From assembly GCA_021296135.1 (NCBI GenBank), contig JAGWAZ010000018.1, forward strand, positions 31,808-95,807: a stretch of DNA of 64,000 nt, in the 5' to 3' direction. The notes beneath the pieces are model-generated. The model saw nothing but the letters and a program-made list of their open reading frames with translations. It did no database searches and was not told the origin of the DNA. The first letter of the stretch is position 1. Each line of letters opens with the position of its first letter. The DNA comes from Chlorobiota bacterium. Its GTDB lineage: Bacteria > Bacteroidota > Ignavibacteria > OLB7. The position numbers and the translations under genes are program-made. This document shows, one piece after another, positions 48,538 through 58,333 of the stretch.

Positions 48538-51225
48538 ATGGCATTGCATAAAGACTTACCAAAATCACCGCACACTATACTTGACCCTAAGATCAGGTGG
48601 TTTCCGGCCGATGAGGTATTGCGTGATAAGGGTTATGAAAAATTATTGCCACCATTGGTTCATAAACTGCGACAGGAAGTGGCTGATTGGCGAGCCAAAA
48701 ATTATGCGGGAGTGAGTGACACTGGCCGAGCTCTTTTGGAGTGGTGGTTTAATACACCGCACCCGATAGAGACCGCCGACGGCATGGCGAATTTTCAATA
48801 CTACTTTGCTCAACGAGAGGCGGTGGAGACAATTATTTATTGTTATGAAGTAGCGGATGTTAAGGATAAATACGATTTGATTCGTTACGATAGCTCCGAG
48901 GCTGTCTCGGCCAGTATGTTCCCCGAGAATTGGCTTCGGTTGGTTATAAAAATGGCGACCGGCAGTGGAAAAACAAAAGTAATGAGTTTACTCATCGCCT
49001 GGAGCTATTTTCACAAACTGTATGAGGAGACATCGGGCTTGTCGCGCAATTTCTTGCTCATCACTCCCAACATTATCGTGCTCGATCGTATCAAAAGTGA
49101 TTTTGCCGGATTAAAAATATTCTGGGAAGACCCGATTTTGCCGGATAATGGTTTTGCCGGACAAAATTGGCAGGACGATTTTCAAATGACCATACATATG
49201 CAGGACAATGTCGGTACTGTCTCAAAAACCGGCAATATCTTTTTAACCAACATCCACCGCGTGTATAGCAGTAAAGATGTGGTGCCGAGTGCGGACGATG
49301 ATGACACTATGGATTACTTTCTCGGTGAGCGACCGGTTGCCAACACTAGTGATTCAAAAGTTAACCTCGGTGAGATTGTGCGGGATATTGACGAGCTAAT
49401 GGTACTAAATGACGAAGCCCACCATATCCATGACGAACGACTGGCTTGGTTTAAGTCCATTGAAGACATTAGCAATCGTATGAAAATGAAAGATGAATTT
49501 CTATCTTTGCAAATTGATGTTACCGCCACCCCCAAACATAACAACGGCTCAATCTTTGTCCAGACAGTTTCCGATTATCCATTGGTGGAAGCAATTTATC
49601 AGGATGTGGTAAAGCGCCCGGTGCTACCCGATGCTGCCAGTCGCGCCAAATTGCAAGAATACAAAAGTGCCAAATTCACCGAAAAATACAAAGATTATAT
49701 TCATCTTGGATATTTGGAGTGGCAGAAGGCCTATAAAGTACATGAGAAGATGGGCAAGAAAGCAATCTTCTTCATTATGACTGACGACACCAGGAATTGC
49801 GATGAAGTGGCGGAATACTTGATTAACAATCCGGCCTATCCGGAATTTCAATCAGAAAAAGATGTACTGGTTATTCACACAAAAAAGAATGGTGAAATAT
49901 CAGAGAGTGTGACCGGCAAAAAAGAAGAGGAGTTAAAAAAGTTACGCCAAGCCGCTAATGAGATTGATAACTGGGACAGTCCGCATAAAGCCATTATTTC
50001 CGTCTTAATGCTTAAAGAAGGGTGGGATACAAAGAATGTTACTACTATTGTCGGTCTGCGGGCTTATTCAGCCAAGAGTAATATTTTACCCGAGCAAACC
50101 CTCGGCCGGGGTTTGCGCCGAATGTACCGCGATAAAGATGTGACCGAGTATGTCAGTGTGGTCGGTACGGACGCTTTTATGGATTTTGTGGAATCGATCA
50201 GGAGCGAAGGGGTCGAACTCGAGACCACTAAAATGGGTACCGGGACGGAACCAAAAACACCGCTGGTAATTGAGGTAGATAAAGAAAACCCTAAAAAAGA
50301 TATTGAAAAACTGGATATTGAGATTCCTATTTTGTCACCGCGTATTTATAGAGAGTATAAAAATCTTTCTGATTTGGACATCAGCGATTTTACCCATAAC
50401 AAAATTGCTGTCAAAGAGTTTAGCGAAAAGGAGAAAAAGCAAATTGTTTTTCGTGATATAACTTCCGGCGATATTACACACACAACCGAATTCGACAATA
50501 ATTTTGTACCTAACTATCAAAGTGTGATCGGCTACTTCACGCAAATTATCAGAAAAGAGCTTAGACTGGTGGGCGGATACGATGTCTTGTATGAAAAAGT
50601 GAAATACTTTGTTATCGACCATCTTTTTGAGCAAGAAGTTGACTTAAACGATCTTAATATCCTGCGTAACTTGTCAGAAATGGAAGCGTCAAAGACCATT
50701 GTGGAAACTTTCAAGAAAGAGATTAATGAATTGACTGTCTTGGATAAAGGTGAAGCGGAAATCCGTAACTATATAAAAGTCAGCCAAGCAAGACCGTTTG
50801 TAATTAAGGACCAGGGATTTGTGGTGCCCCAAAAGAGCGTCTTCAATAAAATCGTCGGTGATAGTCATTTTGAGTTGCAATTCGCCGGCTTTTTAGAAGG
50901 TTGTGATGACATCATTTCGTATGCCAAAGACTATTTTGCGGTAAATTTCAAAATTGACTACAAAGACGCGGACGGAAATATTAGAGATTATTATCCGGAT
51001 TTCTTGGTTAAGGTATCAAATAAAGAGATGTACATCGTAGAGACCAAGGGGTTTGAAGATTTGGACGCTGTGGAAAAAAGAGAGCGATTGTATCAGTGGT
51101 GTGAGGATATCAATGCGGTGCAGAAAAAAGTGAAATTCACCGCCCTATATATCAAGCAAGAGGACTTTGAAAAATACACCCCCGAGAATTTTGGTGAGTT
51201 GGTGAGTAGTTTTGGTGATAAGTAA
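48538..51225 (+). CDS. res: Type III R-M system Res subunit (SF2 helicase plus PD-(D/E)xK nuclease)
   Basis: KMATGSGKT, DEAHH, LKEGWD, EQTLGRGLR, YYPDFLV...VETKG. Confidence 0.92.
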   Translation: MALHKDLPKSPHTILDPKIRWFPADEVLRDKGYEKLLPPLVHKLRQEVADWRAKNYAGVSDTGRALLEWWFNTPHPIETADGMANFQYYFAQREAVETIIYCYEVADVKDKYDLIRYDSSEAVSASMFPENWLRLVIKMATGSGKTKVMSLLIAWSYFHKLYEETSGLSRNFLLITPNIIVLDRIKSDFAGLKIFWEDPILPDNGFAGQNWQDDFQMTIHMQDNVGTVSKTGNIFLTNIHRVYSSKDVVPSADDDDTMDYFLGERPVANTSDSKVNLGEIVRDIDELMVLNDEAHHIHDERLAWFKSIEDISNRMKMKDEFLSLQIDVTATPKHNNGSIFVQTVSDYPLVEAIYQDVVKRPVLPDAASRAKLQEYKSAKFTEKYKDYIHLGYLEWQKAYKVHEKMGKKAIFFIMTDDTRNCDEVAEYLINNPAYPEFQSEKDVLVIHTKKNGEISESVTGKKEEELKKLRQAANEIDNWDSPHKAIISVLMLKEGWDTKNVTTIVGLRAYSAKSNILPEQTLGRGLRRMYRDKDVTEYVSVVGTDAFMDFVESIRSEGVELETTKMGTGTEPKTPLVIEVDKENPKKDIEKLDIEIPILSPRIYREYKNLSDLDISDFTHNKIAVKEFSEKEKKQIVFRDITSGDITHTTEFDNNFVPNYQSVIGYFTQIIRKELRLVGGYDVLYEKVKYFVIDHLFEQEVDLNDLNILRNLSEMEASKTIVETFKKEINELTVLDKGEAEIRNYIKVSQARPFVIKDQGFVVPQKSVFNKIVGDSHFELQFAGFLEGCDDIISYAKDYFAVNFKIDYKDADGNIRDYYPDFLVKVSNKEMYIVETKGFEDLDAVEKRERLYQWCEDINAVQKKVKFTALYIKQEDFEKYTPENFGELVSSFGDK

Positions 51226-51286
51226 TTTTTTAATAAGACTATGCGTATTTATAATAATTTTTTGCGTGCGGATATATTTGAAATGA

Positions 51287-51295
51287 TGCTATAAT
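51287..51295 (+). promoter_or_regulatory. Extended -10 promoter element TGCTATAAT
   Basis: Perfect TGnTATAAT about 65 bp upstream of the ATG at 51361. Confidence 0.5.
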
Positions 51296-51360
51296 GAAAA
51301 ATATGAATATAATCCGAGTGATTTGAAAGGTTGGAGATTTGTTGGAATTAAAATAAAAAT

Positions 51361-53135
51361 ATGTTTATCAAAAAAATTACAATTCAAAATTTTCGTGGCA
51401 TTGATAATTTGACACCTCTGGAGATATCAAGAATAAATACCTTTGTTGGTAAAAATGATTCTGGTAAATCCGCAATCTTACAGGCAATAGGATGCTTTTT
51501 TGACGAGAAAAAGTTTAATAAGAAAGATATATTTAAAGCAAAACCAGATGATGAAAAAACTGTCATTGAAATTTCTTTTTTACCACCCACTGAAATAGAT
51601 AATTTGGCATTAGACAGCCAAGGACAAATTACAATTAAAAAGGAATTTGAGTTAATTGACGGAAAAATAAAGGTAAATTCGTTTTACAAATGTTTTGATT
51701 TCAGAGATGAAAGATATCAAGATTTATGGAACAAAAAAGAAGCCGATCTAAACCAAATTATTACTAACTTAGGAGAAGTGCCAGAGAGATCTGGCCGTGG
51801 AAAGAAAAATGTAATAAGAATTGAACAGATAAAAAATTCTGTTCCATCAGATGTTGTGCGGGAGAATAGATATAATCCTCTTGGCAATTATATAAAAAAT
51901 TTGGATAAAATATACGGAAGTGTGACATATCCTGAGTATTCTCTTTTTACTGCTGAACAAGATTTGAATATTGAAGCGACAAATTTTCAATCACAATTTA
52001 AGCCAATTATCTCTGCATACTTTTATAAAACCGAGACACAGACAGCAGAAATTGAGGCAGGCTTGAAAGAAGATTTAGCAATAGAGTTTGAAGAAATCAG
52101 AAAATTCATGAAGAAAAATGTCTCGGGTTTAAAAAAATTCAATCCCACAACTGAATTTGATTGGACGAAATCTCTTAAGAAGTTTGATTTAAATCTTGAA
52201 TTTGAGGGTCATGAATTTGATTACTAATGGTTGCATATTTTGAACATCTTGCCAGTAAGCAAACTATGAGAGAGCATATTTTTGCAATTGAAGAACCAGA
52301 GACTTATTTACATCCTTCTGCTCAAGAAGACTTACTTAAATCTATTATAAAGATTTCCGAAAATTCTCAATTTTTTATAACCACACATTCTCCTATATTT
52401 GCTGGTGCAACTAATGGCGAAAATTCAATCTTGGTCTCAAAAAATGCAAGTGGGGTATCTCAATATAACAGAGGATCTGAGGATATAATACAGAAAATCA
52501 TTTCTGAACTTGGTATAAAACCAGATCATAATTTAATCAGAGAATGCAAGTTTTTGGTTTTTGCTGAGGGTGCAGACGATGTTAAATTTTTAAATATTGC
52601 AGCAAGAACTCTACTGGACAAAGATTTGAGCAAAGATGGTATAGTCTGTCTGATTGGTGGTGGGTCATCTCTATCAAATTATGCAGACTTGGATTTATTT
52701 AAGCAGATTCATGGAGAAAAATATGCGGTAATTGTAGATGGTGATAATGGCGACGAGAGAAAGCAGATAGAGAAAGTAAAAATTAAATCCAAGTGCGATT
52801 CAGATGGTGCTTTATTTAAACAATTGTCTAAACGAGAAATTGAAAATTTTTGTCCTCCGGAAAAGATAAAAGAGTGTTACATCTCAGAAATTAGAAGTAA
52901 AGAGGGGGCTGAGAGTATCAACCCTAGAATAACCAAAATAGACAAAACGACACTTACGATAGATGATGATACAGATGTCGAAAAATATTTAAAGGATCAA
53001 GGAATAAACGGTTTTAAAAATGGAATGAATATTAAAGTTTTTGAATCAATGGATATCTCTGACTGGGAATCTGTAGATGGTGACAACGAAATAAAAACAT
53101 TTCTTGAATCAGTGTACGAAAGAATTGAAAGGTAA
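51361..53135 (+). pseudogene. OLD-family ATP-dependent endonuclease (ABC ATPase + TOPRIM), split at 52227
   Basis: IQNFRGI and GKNDSGKS Walker A in ORF1; IEEPETYLHP Walker B/D-loop, TTHSP, AEGADD, VDGD and REIEN in ORF2; the signature segment expected between them is absent. Confidence 0.8.
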
Positions 53136-53163
53136 TAAACATGTCCAATTAACGCTTGGAGAG

Positions 53164-53333
53164 TTATAACGAATATAATCAAAGTCGCCCAAGTGAACAC
53201 CAAGCAGGCACACGAACGAATGTGAGTGGCCCATGCGAGGTGCTTCTGCAGTGTGAGCGATTGATACATAACCATAGAGTATAAGGTACGGCACCAAGTG
53301 CTCGGGGCGTCCGTTTGATGTCAATCGTTAAGG
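53164..53333 (+). other. attC-like imperfect palindrome
   Basis: TAAC-GAATA-TAATCAAA-gt-CGCCC ... GGGCG-tccg-TTTGATG-TCAATC-GTTA; spacing 5/8...7/6 as in attC R''-L''-L'-R'. Confidence 0.5.
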
Positions 53334-53749
53334 CAAAGAGTACAGGCGAGGACGCCGCAAAAACACCGCCCGAGCGTTAGCGATGGCGGGGTCTCTGGCC
53401 GGATAAATTTCATACCTTATCGGGGTGGGTAGTATTGGTGGTGTTTTGGTGAGCGGTGAGGTGGGGCGGGAAATATGAATGAAATTTGTCTGGTCAGAGA
53501 GGTGGATTTAACGGTTGCTTTGCTTCAAGCTCTCACAAGTTGACAAGTGGACACAGAATAGCAGCGGAGATGATTCCGTGAGTAGCCCATCGGGCAAGAC
53601 GGCTAAGAACGAGAGAGACCGGTAAGAACGGCTGAGAAAAGGGAATACCCGTTGGGTACTGAAACCGCCATCCGGGAAGGACAGGTTCTAAACTGGCCCG
53701 CTGTTCAGCAGGCCGGTGCAAGTCGGGGAGAATTCGCCAAGGGACAAAG

Positions 53750-54928
53750 GTGAATGATGATCGCAAAGGTGAAGCGATGAGCAGCGACATGAAGATTCGA
53801 AAACTAGGCCTGAACAATTGGAAGAATTTCCCCAAGGTCGAGGTCGCCATAGAGGATCGCGTCTTTCTCGTAGGGCCTAACGCATCGGGGAAATCCAACT
53901 TCCTCGATGTTTTTCGGTTCTTGGGTGATCTCGCTGTTCCTGGCGGCGGTTTTCAGGAGGCGGTCCGTCGGCGCGGTGGGGTGAGCGCCATCCGGTGCTT
54001 GGCGGCGCGTAGCAGGCCGGATATCGAGGTCCATGTGGAATTGCAGAGTGAAAGAGGGGAGTCTCGATGGGAGTATGAGATCGCTTTCCATCAGGACAAG
54101 CAGCGTCGGCCACTTCTCCGCAAAGAACGTGTAATCCACGATCAGAGTCCGCTTGTTGATCGGCCCAACAAAGATGACAAGGACGATCCTGCGCGTTTGA
54201 CACAGACCCACCTCGAGCAAGTGAACGTCAACAAGCCCTTTCGCCCCCTGGTGGAGTTCTTTACATCTATCCGGTATCTGCACATCGTCCCGCAGCTCGT
54301 GCGCGAGCCCGATCGTTCGGTCGGGCGAACGAACGACCCTTATGGAGGCGATTTCCTGGAGCAGGTAACAAAGACCCAGGAACGAACGCGCAATGCGCGG
54401 CTAAAGCGCATACAGCAAGCCCTTCGGGTCGCTGTTCCCCGACTCGAAGAAATCGGTCTGTGGCGCGACGCCCGCGGCACGCCACACCTGCGGGGCAAGC
54501 ACCGACATTGGCGCCCGCAGGGGGCCTGGCAGACGGAAGAGCAATTCTCGGACGGAACCTTGCGGCTCATGGGGCTTCTCTGGGCGACCATGGAGAAGAA
54601 GGGGCCGTTGCTCCTCGAAGAGCCGGAGCTCTCGCTCCATCCGGAGATTGTGCGCGTCTTGCCCCAAATGCTTGCCCGGGTTCAGCGAAAAACTGGCCGG
54701 CAGATCTTCCTGAGCACCCACTCATCGGACCTGCTGCGAGACGAGGGAATTGGGCTCGACGAGACGCTGCTCATCATTCCCAAAAGAGAAGGTGTCGAGG
54801 TAAAGCCGGCTTCATCGTTCCAGGAATCCCGCGATCTGTTGGCGGGCGGTCTTTCGCTTGCGGATGTCGTAATCCCGAAAACCCGGCCTGAGCGAGCGGA
54901 ACAACTCTCCTTGTTCGGAGGTTCGTGA
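53750..54928 (+). CDS. AAA_21/ABC-type (SMC-like) ATPase
   Basis: NWKNF, GPNASGKSN Walker A, FSDGTLR signature, LLEEPELSLHP Walker B, STHS H-loop; start may be ATG 53776 or 53788. Confidence 0.9.
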   Translation: MNDDRKGEAMSSDMKIRKLGLNNWKNFPKVEVAIEDRVFLVGPNASGKSNFLDVFRFLGDLAVPGGGFQEAVRRRGGVSAIRCLAARSRPDIEVHVELQSERGESRWEYEIAFHQDKQRRPLLRKERVIHDQSPLVDRPNKDDKDDPARLTQTHLEQVNVNKPFRPLVEFFTSIRYLHIVPQLVREPDRSVGRTNDPYGGDFLEQVTKTQERTRNARLKRIQQALRVAVPRLEEIGLWRDARGTPHLRGKHRHWRPQGAWQTEEQFSDGTLRLMGLLWATMEKKGPLLLEEPELSLHPEIVRVLPQMLARVQRKTGRQIFLSTHSSDLLRDEGIGLDETLLIIPKREGVEVKPASSFQESRDLLAGGLSLADVVIPKTRPERAEQLSLFGGS

Positions 54929-55440
54929 ACGTGCCTATATCTACGATCATCTCCGCGGCGGTCGAAGGCGACGTCGACGAAGCGGTCGTCCGAAGGCTGG
55001 TCGCCCATGCGGGCGGACAAACCGGTGACGTATACGGAAAGAACGGCAAGCCTGCGTTGCGTCAGAGAATCGACGGCTATAACAACGCGGCTCGCTACGC
55101 ACCGTGGGTGGTGCTCGTCGATCTCGATAACGATGCCGATTGCGCCCCGTCGATACGCGAAGAGTGGGTACCGGCGCCCGCGCCTAATCTTTGCTTCCGA
55201 ATAGCTGTGCGCGAAGTCGAGGCTTGGCTGATGGCGGATGTTCAAACGCTCGCACGCTATCTGAGCGTAGGATTAAGCAGAATATCCGCGGACCCCGAGA
55301 CGCTGGAATGCCCGAAGGACGCGATGGTCGACTTGGCACGCCGCTCGCGACGCAACGATATCCGTAAGGACATGGTGCCGCGGCAGAAGAGCGGGCGTCG
55401 CGTCGGTCCGGCATACGCGTCGAGACTCAAGCCCTCATGA
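54925..55440 (+). CDS. TOPRIM-like putative nuclease (DUF4276-like), possibly C-terminally truncated
   Basis: AVEGDVDE, VLVDLD and REVEAWLMAD motifs; GTG start overlaps the ATPase TGA. Confidence 0.7.
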   Translation: MNVPISTIISAAVEGDVDEAVVRRLVAHAGGQTGDVYGKNGKPALRQRIDGYNNAARYAPWVVLVDLDNDADCAPSIREEWVPAPAPNLCFRIAVREVEAWLMADVQTLARYLSVGLSRISADPETLECPKDAMVDLARRSRRNDIRKDMVPRQKSGRRVGPAYASRLKPS

Positions 55441-55796
55441 GAATATGGGATCTTCCACCGGCTCTGCTCTGCCGGCAACACCTTCTCGGTGAACACCGGG
55501 AGCTGCACGGGCTGTGGAACGTGTTGACTCAAGGAAAGACGGGATACCGGCGGCATCCAGAAACACAGAGGTGGGTCGGCCGCCTGGCGGCCTTGTACAG
55601 CCGGCACGAAGCCTTGGTCGGCGAAATGCTCGCCCGCGGCTATCGACACAAGTCACCGCTGGATGCATCGCTCGCCACCGGACTCGGGACTCAGAGCCAG
55701 CTAATCGATTCTTTGAGCGATCAGTACAAGATCCTGTGCAGCAAGCCGTGCCCATGTCCTCTGGCCCAGTGGACCGCCAACGACACGAGGGAGTAG
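55437..55796 (+). CDS. Pyrimidine dimer DNA glycosylase / T4 endonuclease V family protein
   Basis: MRIWD...LCRQHLLGEHRELH, GY-x2-HPET-x-RW, H-x-LV-x-EM-x-RGY-x-H-x-SP; ATGA overlap with the upstream gene. Confidence 0.85.
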   Translation: MRIWDLPPALLCRQHLLGEHRELHGLWNVLTQGKTGYRRHPETQRWVGRLAALYSRHEALVGEMLARGYRHKSPLDASLATGLGTQSQLIDSLSDQYKILCSKPCPCPLAQWTANDTRE

Positions 55797-55941
55797 ACCG
55801 CAGGTCGGATGAGACGAATCGATCTCCTGAGATGTGCATGGCCTCTAGTAAGGGCCGTCGCTTCGGCCGTTTTTTCGACCTGAAGAGAGGAAGTCATCTT
55901 GACACCGCTTTCGCTTTTGCCGAACGGCCAGAATTCTATAA

Positions 55942-57134
55942 GAACCCTTTGAATAAGATCTCATTATATCCACATTCTTCTTTATTTGAAGAATATTCCT
56001 TTTTCTGTTGAGTGTTTTATGATTTTCTGGACTCATTGTTCTCCTTTTCTGTGCTTCTTCGGTCTTTTTCGACCCAAAAGGACACACCTTTCCCCTTGGT
56101 TATACCTTTGACAGTATATACTCTGCCCTGAAAATATTCTACAACATACAATTGAAATCAAATCGTAATTGATTCCGCTCCAAGGTCTTCGCTACTGCTT
56201 TGCTGTAATGCAATTTCTCTTTTAGCTAAGCAAAAGGATGTTCTACCTTGCAGCGTATTCGGGACCTCTTTTTGTTGCCTTTTTTTGGGTGTTGGACAGC
56301 TTCTTTCTCCTTGTCCCTTTCTCCAGTATACCATAGTATACTCCCTCCTTTCGAGCCTTTCGTTTATCACTCTTCTTCGAATAGGCGCTATCCCCGAATA
56401 CCGCCTTCTCATCTCCACTCAACAAAGCCTCTTTTACTTGTGAGTCATGAGGTCGGGCAGATGTAAAGGCGCGTTTGCGTATCAAAGTACTTCCTACATC
56501 GACACCTATATGCCCTTTGTATCGAAAATACTTCTTGCCTCCTTTGACTGTTGAATGTGCATCAGTATCTATTTGTGAGGAAGGATGCTCATCGAACGCT
56601 GCTCTTCGTTCTTTGCTCAATGCTCTTGTGGTCGATGGGATAATCGTGGCATCTACACAGGTACCCTTCTTCAACAGCAAACCCTTCGATTCTATAAAGG
56701 ATAAGATCAATGCAAATACCTTGTCATTGAGCTTCTCTTTTATCAACGACTCCTTAAAACGCCATATCGTGGTAAACTCTGGTACCGTTGTGGCATAATC
56801 GATCCCTGCAAAGCGCTGGAAACTCAAGCGATCATTCACCTGGTCTTCTAACTCAGGGTCGCTTAAATTATACAGGTGTTGTAAAAACAGCATTTTCACT
56901 TTGCTCAAGAGGTCTCGATGGGGGCACTTCCGATGATAGGATTGGTCTTATCTACTACTTTGACCAGTTTCAACACCTCGTTCCAATCTACTATGGCGTT
57001 TATCTTGTCTAGTTTTACCGAAACTCTGCTGGGTTTTCTACTTTGACTTAGTTCTATGTCTGAAAAACTTAATTGGCTCATGATCGATTTTTTCTATAGA
57101 TTTACCAAAATGGATGCCCTTTTGCAAAGGGTTC
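55942..57134 (-). mobile_element. IS5-family insertion sequence (~1.19 kb) with inactivated transposase (56100..57081)
   Basis: IRs GAACCCTTTG / CAAAGGGTTC; MSQLSFSD...LFLQHLYNLSDPELEDQVNDRLSF, VDATII, YKGHIGVD, GDSAY, KVEHPFA; frameshifts near 56925 and 56285 plus internal stops. Confidence 0.88.
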
Positions 57135-57324
57135 TATTAGTTGATGCAAGGCAAACTCCTGTCGATAGGCCATAGTGCTTCGCTTTGATGGAGTTATTAT
57201 CAGAAAGCTACGGCATCGCTTCGGCAAGAGGAAGCTTCCGGGTTTCCTCATTCTGCCTTCAGGCCGATTTTCTGTCGCCTTATGACTCCTCCGGCAGCCG
57301 TTGCACTTCAGAGTTGAATTCGGG
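57135..57324 (-). mobile_element. Second, partial copy of the IS30-derived miniature element
   Basis: Near-identical direct repeat of ~45914..46100 including the IR GTTGCACTTCAGAGTTGAATTCGGG; cut by IS5. Confidence 0.88.
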
Positions 57325-57497
57325 CAGTCTATCAGCCATTGCCTTTGCATCGAACACCGCCTGGATGGGATATAAGAATATAGCCATAAATAATATACTA
57401 TTTAGAACATAGCTATGAAAAATTAAAAACGAGGAATCAGGGATACCATACTGAATTGATTTTTTGAATTTTTTATTTTTACTTTTTAATTGCCTTC

Positions 57498-57884
57498 ATG
57501 AAGTTACGTATTCGATCAAATACATTGCGGTTCCGTCTTGGTCAGGTAGAAGTATCCTCACTGGCTAAGGAGGGTTTTGTTGAGGAGCAGACACAATTAG
57601 GTCCCAATGCAGAGGATGTTTTTATCTATCGCATTGAGTCTTCGTCAGATGTTGAACGTTTGGGACTGCGCTACCAACCTGGTAGGATAAGGATCCTTAT
57701 TGCCAAATCACTTGCTGGGGGCTGGAGTGACTCCGATGAGGTAGGTTTTGAAGGGAATGTCGAGGTTGGAGGGGGAGAATGTGTTTCGCTTCTTGTAGAA
57801 AAAGACTTTGCCTGTCTCAAGCCACGCGACCTGAAAGAGGACGAGGGGGCGTTCCCACATCCGGAAGCCGGGATACAATGTTAA
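57498..57884 (+). CDS. Conserved hypothetical protein (DUF7009-like)
   Basis: MKLRI-x-N-x-LRFRL...LLVEKDFACL-x-R...D...AFPHP. Confidence 0.75.
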   Translation: MKLRIRSNTLRFRLGQVEVSSLAKEGFVEEQTQLGPNAEDVFIYRIESSSDVERLGLRYQPGRIRILIAKSLAGGWSDSDEVGFEGNVEVGGGECVSLLVEKDFACLKPRDLKEDEGAFPHPEAGIQC

Positions 57885-57969
57885 TGTTTCAGGTTGTTTC
57901 GAAAGAAAAACCCGCCCTCGATATTATTGGCTCTGATTTATTGTTCGGGAAGCTTTGTCGTGCATCGAT

Positions 57970-58326
57970 TGACTTTGAAAAGGTCTCAATGGTCGGGTAA
58001 CGATGTCCGATGCCGGCAAAGGCAAGGGCATAATCGTTCTTTGCAATCATCAGGTTGAACATTACTGCGAAGTTGCTGGCCTATTCGTTAAAAGCATTTG
58101 GATTGCTTTGGAGCATCCGTGTCTGTTGTGTAATTGAGGTTTCCCATTCATCAAGCCCGACAAGTTGCTTGTGGAGATGATTGAAGCTTGCCCTGGCCGG
58201 TTGCAACCAGTTGTGGAATATTGAAACGTAGCGAACATAGCGATTGTGGGAGATGTCCCGTCCATCGCCTCAATCGTGATTCGTGCGTAGTAGTAATGCT
58301 CCTCAGGAGTGAGAATACCGCCTTCA
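57970..58326 (-). pseudogene. Internal fragment of a DUF4921 family (GalT/HIT-like) gene
   Basis: Manual translation LTPEEHYYY..[fs]..NRYVRYVSIFHNWLQPARASFNHLHKQL...PNAFNE*...AFAGIGHRYPTIETFSKS. Confidence 0.7.
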
Positions 58327-58333
58327 CGACTTC

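Noticed and set aside
53640..53740. tRNA-like (CTA anticodon, pyrrolysine/suppressor) sequence ending in CCA
   Set aside because: The anticodon and acceptor stems do not pair properly; no consistent cloverleaf
51361..55440. Calling the ATPase/TOPRIM genes Gabija, Septu, retron or PARIS outright
   Set aside because: No UvrD helicase, HNH partner or reverse transcriptase is present, and assignment to AriB cannot be made without HMMs
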